Assembly (NCBI GenBank): GCA_963700145.1
Contig: OY969474.1
Coordinates: 1,280,001 to 1,344,000, forward strand
Source: an uncultured Acidobacteriota bacterium
GTDB taxonomy: Bacteria > Acidobacteriota > Thermoanaerobaculia > Multivoradales > UBA5704
DNA length: 64,000 bases
Reading direction: 5' to 3'
Below the pieces are notes generated by a model. It was not told where the DNA came from. It ran no database searches and saw only the letters and a list, made by a program, of their open reading frames with translations. The position numbers were made by a program, and so were the translations under genes. This document shows positions 57,645-64,000 of this stretch, in pieces; position 1 is the stretch's first letter, and every line of letters begins with the position of its first letter.

Positions 57645-57730
57645 CCTTGTCATCCTGAGCGTAGCGAAGGATCTGGGGGCAGGGTGCCGCCCCCCGCCCA
57701 GATCCTTCGCTCTCGCTCAGGATGACAAGG
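57645..57730. repeat. REPIN-like inverted repeat, family 1, copy 3
   Basis: ccttgtcatcctgagcgtagcgaaggatctggg ... cccagatccttcgctctcgctcaggatgacaagg. Confidence 0.9.
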
Positions 57731-57784
57731 AGGCGTCGTTGCTTGTGGGCGGGGGGACGTCACTTCAGAGTGTCGAGTCATGGC

Positions 57785-57956
57785 GCCGCGTGATGTGCCG
57801 GGCCAGAGGCCCGCGAAAGCGTCGCGCTCCGGTGAAGTCACCACCAACGTCCGCGAACGGAGCCGACTTGGCTCTGTGGCCACCACCCCTTCTGATCTGG
57901 AACCGCGAAGCGGCGCGACTCTTTCGCGGGCCGGGTGGCCCGGCATCTCACGCGGC
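57785..57956. repeat. Long imperfect inverted repeat (about 43-bp arms)
   Basis: gccgcgtgatgtgccgggccagaggcccgcgaaagcgtcgcgc pairs with gcgcgactctttcgcgggccgggtggcccggcatctcacgcggc. Confidence 0.8.
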
Positions 57957-58009
57957 ACTATCCGCCCCGCGCGGCGCCTCGGAACCTCTTGGTAATCTGC
58001 GCCGCCAAA

Positions 58010-58879
58010 GTGCTGCACTCCGACACCGCCTCCCTCCGCCGCGTCGCGCTGGTCCACGCGCGCGACGCCCTGCGCGGCCCCCAGGCGATCGCCGCCGAGT
58101 GGCAAGCGCTCGACTGGCTGGCGCCGCCCGACTTCGACCGCGCGCTCGCCGAGTACGACGCCTTCGTCGCGGCGCTGGAAGGGTTCGGAGTGGCGGTGGA
58201 ATTCCTGCCGCCGGGCGGGGACGCCACTCTCGACGCCCTCTATCCGCGCGACGCCAGCCTCGTCTTCGACCGCGGCGTCGTGACCTGCAGCATGGGGAAA
58301 ACCGCCCGGCGCGGCGAGCCGGCCGCGGCGGGGCGCGCCCTCGCCGCGCTCGGCCTGCCGGTGCTCGGCGGAATCGAGGGGAACGGACGCCTCGAAGGCG
58401 GCGACACCGCTTGGCTCGACGAGCGGACCCTCGCCGTCGGGCTCGGCCGGCGCACCAACCGCGAGGGCGTCGAGCAGCTCCGCGCCCTCCTCGCCGCGGC
58501 GGGCGACCCGCCGGAGGTCCTGGCCATCCCCCTCCCCGACTGGCGCGGCCCCAACGACGTCTTCCACCTGATGTCGGTCCTGAGCCCGATCGACCGCGAC
58601 CTCGCCCTCGTCTACCCGCCTCTCCTCCCAGCCCCGCTGCGCGCAGCCCTCGCCGAGCGCGGCATCCAGCTCGTGGAAGTCCCCGACGAGGAGCTCGACA
58701 CCCTCGGCTGCAACGTCCTGGCCGTCGGCCCCCGGCACTGCCTGATGCTCCAAGGCAACCCCGAAACCCGCCGCCGCCTCGAACGCGCCGGCGCCGTGGT
58801 CACCGTCTTCGCCGGCGAGGAGATCTGCGTCAAGGGCGGCGGCGGGCCCACCTGCCTCACCCGGCCGCTCGTCCGCTAG
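58010..58879 (+). CDS. Amidinotransferase/dimethylargininase (pentein) family protein
   Basis: DALYPRD, RRGE, LEGGD, RTNREG, FHLMS, GGGGPTCLTRP; start inferred. Confidence 0.88.
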   Translation: MLHSDTASLRRVALVHARDALRGPQAIAAEWQALDWLAPPDFDRALAEYDAFVAALEGFGVAVEFLPPGGDATLDALYPRDASLVFDRGVVTCSMGKTARRGEPAAAGRALAALGLPVLGGIEGNGRLEGGDTAWLDERTLAVGLGRRTNREGVEQLRALLAAAGDPPEVLAIPLPDWRGPNDVFHLMSVLSPIDRDLALVYPPLLPAPLRAALAERGIQLVEVPDEELDTLGCNVLAVGPRHCLMLQGNPETRRRLERAGAVVTVFAGEEICVKGGGGPTCLTRPLVR

Positions 58880-59922
58880 GGCGTCAGCACCACCTTGGTG
58901 CACCCTTCCACGCGGCGGTCGAAGAGGTCGTAGGCGCGCGGGCCTTCGGCCAGCGGCAGGCGGTGGGAGATGAGGCACGCGAGGTCGTGCCGGCGCGACT
59001 GGACGAGGGCGAGCAGCGTCTCCATGTAGCGGCGGACCGGGGCGCGGCCGGCGCGGTAGGTGAGATTCTTGTCGTAGGCCTCGCCGGGGGCGATGGCGAG
59101 GTGGCGCTCGGTGTGGACGCCGACCGCGGCGATCGTGCCGCCGGGGCGGACAAGGTCGAAGGCCAGGCGTGTGGCCTCGGCGCTGCCGACGGCCTCGACG
59201 GCGGCGTCGGCCCCGCGGCCCTCGGTCGCCTCCCGCACGCGCTCCGCGGCGTCCCCCTCGACGACGTTCACGGCCTCGCCGCCGAAGCGCGCGGCGAGCG
59301 CCAGCCGCTCCGGCACCGAGTCCAGCGCGAAGACGCACTCGGCGCCCAGCTCGCGCGCCGCTAGGACGGCCATGAGCCCCACCGGGCCGCAGCCCACGAC
59401 GGCCAGCGTCGCGCCGCCGGCCGCGCCAGCGCTCTCGGCCGCGAACCAGCCGGTCGAGAGGACGTCGCCGGCGAGGAGCGCCTCCTCGAGCGGCGCGCCG
59501 TCCGGGACGCGCACCAGCGTCGAGTCGGCGAGCGGCACCCGCACCAGCTCGGCCTGGGCGCCGTGCAGCCCGCGTCCGTCCTGCACCCAGCCGAAGAGCT
59601 GCCCCCGCGCGCAGCGCGAGGTCAGCCCCGAGCGGCAATAGAAGCAGGCGCCGCAGCTCGTGGTGAAGGGGCTGACGACGAGGTCCCCGGCACGGAAGCG
59701 CTCGACGCCCCGGCCCGTGGCGACGACCTCGCCGGCGAGCTCGTGTCCCATGACGGTGCCGGCGTCGAGGCCGGTCTCGACGCCGCGGTAGACGTGGAGG
59801 TCCGAGCCGCAGACGCCGGCGGCGCGGACGCGCACGATCGCGTCCCCCGGCTCGAGGAGCGCGGGGTCGGGGACGGTCGCCGGCTCGAGCCGGCGCACAC
59901 CGGCGAAGACGAGGGCTTTCAC
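58876..59922 (-). CDS. Zinc-dependent alcohol dehydrogenase
   Basis: CGSDLH, GHE, CGACFYC..C, GCGPVG, ISHRLPL. Confidence 0.93.
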   Translation of the reverse strand: MKALVFAGVRRLEPATVPDPALLEPGDAIVRVRAAGVCGSDLHVYRGVETGLDAGTVMGHELAGEVVATGRGVERFRAGDLVVSPFTTSCGACFYCRSGLTSRCARGQLFGWVQDGRGLHGAQAELVRVPLADSTLVRVPDGAPLEEALLAGDVLSTGWFAAESAGAAGGATLAVVGCGPVGLMAVLAARELGAECVFALDSVPERLALAARFGGEAVNVVEGDAAERVREATEGRGADAAVEAVGSAEATRLAFDLVRPGGTIAAVGVHTERHLAIAPGEAYDKNLTYRAGRAPVRRYMETLLALVQSRRHDLACLISHRLPLAEGPRAYDLFDRRVEGCTKVVLTP

Positions 59923-59999
59923 GCATCCTCCCGCGAAGCGGCTTGACGGTGTAACCTAATTCAGCCGCGCCGATTTTCGCAGCAAGACAAGGAGCTCCG

Positions 60000-61763
60000 A
60001 TGAAGAGGACCGCGCTCTGTGCGCTCGCGCTCGCGCTGTGCGCCGCGGGTCCGGCGGCCGCGAACGGCACGGCCGCCGCCGCCCCGCCGCCCGCGTCCCC
60101 CGCCCCGCTCCGCATCGCCGTCACCTACCCGGCGACGCTGGCGGCGGGGCCGCTCGACGGGCGGCTGTTGCTCGTGCTCTCGACCGATCTCGAGGGGGAG
60201 CCGCGCTTCCAGGTCGGCGACGACCTCGGGTCGCAGCAGGTCTTCGGGGTCGACGTCGAGGGGTGGCGGCCCGGCGAGGCGAAGGTCTTCGACGCCTCGG
60301 TCCTCGGGTTCCCGCTCGAGAGCCTCGCCCAGGTGCCGTCCGGCACCTACCGCGCGCAGGCGCTCCTCCACCTCTACGAGACCTTCCGCCGCGCCGATGG
60401 CCACACCGTCAAGCTCCCGATGGACCGCGGCGAGGGGCAGCAGTGGAGCCGCGCGCCGGGCAATCTCTTCTCGACGCCGCGCGAGCTGGCGGTCGATCCG
60501 CGCCGCGACGAGGAGCTGCGTCTGGCGCTCGACCAGACGATCCCGCCGCTCCCCGAGCCGGCCGCCACCAAGTACGTGCGCCACGAGCGCATCCAGTCCG
60601 AGCGGCTGACCGAGTTCTGGGGCCGGCCCATGCACCTGGGCGCCCACGTCCTCCTCCCCCACGGCTACGACGAGCACCCCGAAGCGCGCTACCCGCTGGT
60701 CATCTTCCACGGCCACTTCCCGGCCAACGTCACCGGCTGGCGCGAGGAGCCGCCTGACCCGGACATCCCGTGCGAGTACAGCGAGCGCTTCCGCCTCGAC
60801 TGCTACAACCGCATCCAGCAGGAGCAGGCCCACCAGCTCTACAAGGACTGGACCGGGCCCGGCTTCCCGCGCGCCATCGTCGTCGAGATCCAGCACGCCA
60901 ACCCCTACTACGACGACTCCTACGCCGTGAACTCGGCGAACCTCGGCCCCTACGGCGACGCCATCACCTACGAGCTGATCCCTTATCTCGAGAGGAAGTA
61001 CCGCGCGCTCGGCGCCGGCTGGGCGCGCTTCATGTACGGCGGCTCGACCGGCGGCTGGGAGGCGATGGCGGCGCAGCTCTTCTACCCCGACGAGTACAAC
61101 GGCGCCTGGATCGCCTGCCCCGACCCGATCGACTTCCGCGCCTACACGCTCGTCGACCTCTACGCCGACCGGAACGCCTACTACGCCGAGGGGCCGTGGC
61201 TGCGCGTCGCCCGCCCCGGCCACCGCGATGTCCTCGGCAAGGTCTCGACGACGATCGAGGCGATGAACCGCTCGGAGCTCGTGCTCGGCACCAACAGCCG
61301 CTCGGGCGGGCAGTGGGACATCTGGCAGGCGGTCTACTCGCCGGCCGGCGCCGACGGCTACCCGCGGCCGATCTGGGATAAGCGCATGGGCGCGATCGAC
61401 CCGGCGGTCGCCGCCCACTGGCGCGAGCACTACGACCTCGGGCACATCCTGCGCCGCGACTGGGAGAAGGGGCTGGGGCAGAAGCTCCAGGGGAAGCTCC
61501 ACCTCTACGTCGGCGACATGGACAACTACTACCTCAACGACGCCGTCTACCTGGTCGAGGAGTTCCTGAAGGGGACCACGAACCCGCCCTACGGCGGCGA
61601 GGTGGCCTACGGCGACCGCGCCGAGCACTGCTGGAACGGCGACCCGGCGCAGCCCAACGCCATCTCGCGCCTGCGCTACCACCAGATGTACCTGCCGAAG
61701 ATCGTCGAGCGGATCCTCGCTTCCGCCCCGCCGGGGGCGGACCTGACGAGCTGGCGGTATTAA
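60000..61763 (+). CDS. Secreted alpha/beta-hydrolase (putative esterase) family protein
   Basis: Signal peptide; DSYAVNSANLGPYGDA, nucleophile elbow GGSTGG, GDMDNYYL. Confidence 0.8.
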   Translation: MKRTALCALALALCAAGPAAANGTAAAAPPPASPAPLRIAVTYPATLAAGPLDGRLLLVLSTDLEGEPRFQVGDDLGSQQVFGVDVEGWRPGEAKVFDASVLGFPLESLAQVPSGTYRAQALLHLYETFRRADGHTVKLPMDRGEGQQWSRAPGNLFSTPRELAVDPRRDEELRLALDQTIPPLPEPAATKYVRHERIQSERLTEFWGRPMHLGAHVLLPHGYDEHPEARYPLVIFHGHFPANVTGWREEPPDPDIPCEYSERFRLDCYNRIQQEQAHQLYKDWTGPGFPRAIVVEIQHANPYYDDSYAVNSANLGPYGDAITYELIPYLERKYRALGAGWARFMYGGSTGGWEAMAAQLFYPDEYNGAWIACPDPIDFRAYTLVDLYADRNAYYAEGPWLRVARPGHRDVLGKVSTTIEAMNRSELVLGTNSRSGGQWDIWQAVYSPAGADGYPRPIWDKRMGAIDPAVAAHWREHYDLGHILRRDWEKGLGQKLQGKLHLYVGDMDNYYLNDAVYLVEEFLKGTTNPPYGGEVAYGDRAEHCWNGDPAQPNAISRLRYHQMYLPKIVERILASAPPGADLTSWRY

Positions 61764-61828
61764 CGCCCGGCACGTAGGCCGGGCGCTACGAACGACGCCC
61801 GTAGCGCCCGGGCCACGTCCCGGGCGTT
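61762..61828. repeat. GTAG-type REP doublet (family 2)
   Basis: aacgcccggcacgtaggccgggcgctacg plus inverted cgtagcgcccgggccacgtcccgggcgtt. Confidence 0.85.
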
Positions 61829-61856
61829 TTCCGCGCGAGTACAATGACTCGCCTTC

Positions 61857-63812
61857 ATGCACTGCCCTTGCCCTCCTTCTATTCGCCGCGCGGCGCGGGC
61901 CGTTGCCGTCCTCGTCCTGGCTGCGGCGCCCACCGCCGCCCAGGAGCGGAGCCTCTACTGGGAGTCGCTCGACGTCTCGGGACGCCTCGACGCCGAGGGG
62001 CGCCTCCACGTCGCCGAGCGGCAGACCTACGTCTTCACCGGCGACTGGAACGGCGGCGAGCGGCGCTTCGAGGTGGGACGGGACGAGAAGCTCGAGCTGC
62101 TGCGCCTGTCCCGCGTCGATCCCGACGGCGGCGCGGCGCAGCCGCTCGTCGAGGGCGATCTCGACCTGGTGGACGAGTACGCCTGGGTCGAGGGGAACAC
62201 TCTCCGCTGGCGCAGCCGGCTGCCGAGCGATTCCCCCTTCGACCGCACGCGCATCACCTATCTCCTGGAGTACGTCTACGACGGCGTCGTGCGGCGGCGG
62301 GGCGACCTCTACCGCTTGGAGCACGACTTCGCCTTCCCCGACCGCAGCGGCGTCATCGAGCGCTTCGCGCTCGACCTCGCGGTGGCGCCCGAATGGCAGG
62401 TGGAGGGGCCGTTCAGATCGCGCGTCGAGCGCCGCGACCTGACGCCCGGCGACGGCGTCGTGGTCGCCTTGCCGCTGCGCTACGCCGGCGCCGGCCGGCC
62501 GGCCGCGGCGGTCGAGCCGCTGCCCTTCGGCGTGCGCGCCGGCGCCCTGGCGGCGCTGGCGGTGGGGGTCGCCGTGCTCCTCGGCCTCTTCCTGAGCGAC
62601 CAGTCGCGGCTCGGCCGCTTCTCGCCGCCGCGCCCCGTGATCGACCGCGCCTGGCTCGAGCAGCACCTCCTCTCGCAGCGCCCCGAGGAGATCGGCGCGC
62701 TCTGGGACCGCCGGACGGGGCCGCCGGAGGTGGCGGCGCTGATCGCCCGGCTGGTCGGGGAGGGGAAGCTCGCGAGCCGGGTCGAAGAGGGGAAGGGGCT
62801 CTTCGCCAAGCCGGTGCTGCACCTCGAGCTGCGGGCCGACCGCTCCGAGCTCAGCGACTACGAGCGCAAGCTCATCGACAAGCTCTTCTGGAACGGCCGC
62901 ACCGAGACCGACACCGCCAGCGTGCGCGAGCGCTACAAGGGGAGCGGCTTCGACCCGGCCAAGGCCATCGCGGCGGGGCTCGAGCAACGACTGCGGCGGC
63001 TCTTCCCCGCCGAGGCGCCGGGCTATCAAAAGCCGTCCCGTAAGCCGACCCTCGCGCTCTTGCTCGGCGGGCTCGCCTGCGTCGCGCTGGCGGGGATCCA
63101 ACGGCCCGCCGCGGCGATCTCCATCCTCTTCCTCGTGGCGACCGTCTATCTCGGTCCGTGGGGCATCGCGCTCGCGGGTGCCGCCTCCTGGCGGCAGCGC
63201 GTCCAGCGGCTGGCGCCGGCGGCGCTCGTCTTCGCGGTGCCGCTCCTCCTGATCTGCGGCATGACGGTGGTGCTCCTCCTCTTCGAGGAGCTCTTCGGAG
63301 CCGATCCCATCGTGCGCCTCGCCTTCTCGGCGGCGGCGCTCGTGCTGCTGCCGCTGGCGGTCGTCCGCAACGTCCTCAACATGGCGCGCAGCCGCGAGTC
63401 GGCCGAGACGATCGAGCGCCGCCAACTCCTCGCCGCCGCCCGCCGCTGGCTCGCCGGCGAGCTGGGCAAACCCGAGCCGCGGTTGGAGGACGCCTGGTAC
63501 CCGTACCTTTTGGCGCTCGGCCTGGAGACCGACGTCAGCCGCTGGTTCCGCGCCTTCGGCGGCGCGAGCGCCGGCGGCATGACGGCCGGCTCGAGCGCGG
63601 GCTGGAGCGGCAGCGGGGGCGGCGGCCTCTCCTCCGGTGGCTGGAGCGGCGGCGGCGGGGCCTTCGGCGGCGGCGGCGGCAGCTCGGGCTGGGGGGTGGC
63701 GGTGGCCGGCCTCTCGGCCGGAGTGGCTTCGCCGAGCTCGAGCGGCGGGGGCGGTGGTGGTGGCGGAGGCGGGGGCGGCAGCTCCGGCGGCGGCGGCGGT
63801 GGCGGGTGGTGA
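61857..63812 (+). CDS. DUF2207-like membrane protein with Gly-rich tail
   Basis: DAEGRLHVAERQTYVFTG, PYLLALGL, terminal GGGGGGGW. Confidence 0.85.
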   Translation: MHCPCPPSIRRAARAVAVLVLAAAPTAAQERSLYWESLDVSGRLDAEGRLHVAERQTYVFTGDWNGGERRFEVGRDEKLELLRLSRVDPDGGAAQPLVEGDLDLVDEYAWVEGNTLRWRSRLPSDSPFDRTRITYLLEYVYDGVVRRRGDLYRLEHDFAFPDRSGVIERFALDLAVAPEWQVEGPFRSRVERRDLTPGDGVVVALPLRYAGAGRPAAAVEPLPFGVRAGALAALAVGVAVLLGLFLSDQSRLGRFSPPRPVIDRAWLEQHLLSQRPEEIGALWDRRTGPPEVAALIARLVGEGKLASRVEEGKGLFAKPVLHLELRADRSELSDYERKLIDKLFWNGRTETDTASVRERYKGSGFDPAKAIAAGLEQRLRRLFPAEAPGYQKPSRKPTLALLLGGLACVALAGIQRPAAAISILFLVATVYLGPWGIALAGAASWRQRVQRLAPAALVFAVPLLLICGMTVVLLLFEELFGADPIVRLAFSAAALVLLPLAVVRNVLNMARSRESAETIERRQLLAAARRWLAGELGKPEPRLEDAWYPYLLALGLETDVSRWFRAFGGASAGGMTAGSSAGWSGSGGGGLSSGGWSGGGGAFGGGGGSSGWGVAVAGLSAGVASPSSSGGGGGGGGGGGGSSGGGGGGGW

Positions 63813-63813
63813 A

Positions 63814-63842
63814 AACGCCCGGCACGTAGGCCGGGCGCTACG
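63814..63842. repeat. GTAG-type REP singlet (family 2)
   Basis: aacgcccggcacgtaggccgggcgctacg, identical to 61762..61790. Confidence 0.85.
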
Positions 63843-64000
63843 GCGTGGGCGGCGGCTCGGGGCTGCCGGTCTCGACGAAGCGCTTCAGCCGCCCCGCCTG
63901 CTCGCCGATGACGCCGTCCACGGCGGGCGCGATCGGCGCCAGGCCGTGCAGCGCGTCGCCGCTCAAGCGGTAGGAGACCTCGAGGCGCGTCCCGCCCTCG
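63838..64000 (-). CDS. C-terminal part of an SRPBCC-like protein (runs off the window)
   Basis: EGGTRLEVSYRLSG...APAVDGVIGEQAGRLKRFVETG...*. Confidence 0.6.
   Translation of the reverse strand, partial: EGGTRLEVSYRLSGDALHGLAPIAPAVDGVIGEQAGRLKRFVETGSPEPPPTP

Noticed and set aside
63590-63812. GGC-rich low-complexity repeat
   Set aside because: Ordinary Gly-rich tail of DUF2207-type proteins

Overview
Very GC-rich, densely coding 64 kb bacterial window. The protein repertoire suggests Acidobacteriota, probably Thermoanaerobaculia-like (inference from the acidobacterial VWA-domain proteins and the C-terminal domains on the secreted proteases). About 57 CDSs are supported, mostly housekeeping or accessory genes: ECF42-type sigma factor with a YciI/DGPF partner, Ada-AlkA, OSBS/NSAR racemase, CreD with a two-component system, thiolase, threonine synthase, glycosyltransferases, EgtB, a subtilase and a reprolysin-like protease. 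No rRNA, tRNA, CRISPR array or transposase was seen. The standout is a compositionally atypical island at about 7.8-11.1 kb. It carries a minimal RiPP-like operon on the minus strand: a PatA-type cyanobactin protease followed by two small peptide genes. The peptides share a leader start (MRxPTQSxPA) and a G-V-x-P-(Q/H) putative cleavage motif. One putative core is a 55-aa cationic peptide with 8 Cys; the other is a polyacidic (SGEYDE)n peptide. The protease gene has an internal in-frame RBS and ATG ahead of its C-terminal DUF. The island ends in an inverted relic of the nearby HAF-repeat gene. Other notable items are a non-coding array of 13 x 20-bp palindromic units (46961-47220), two REP/REPIN-like families (one copy nested in CTAG-ended inverted repeats), a DUF4062-2TM plus coiled-coil gene pair, and a sigma54-type activator lacking GAFTGA. 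All family calls come from motif recognition, not database searches.
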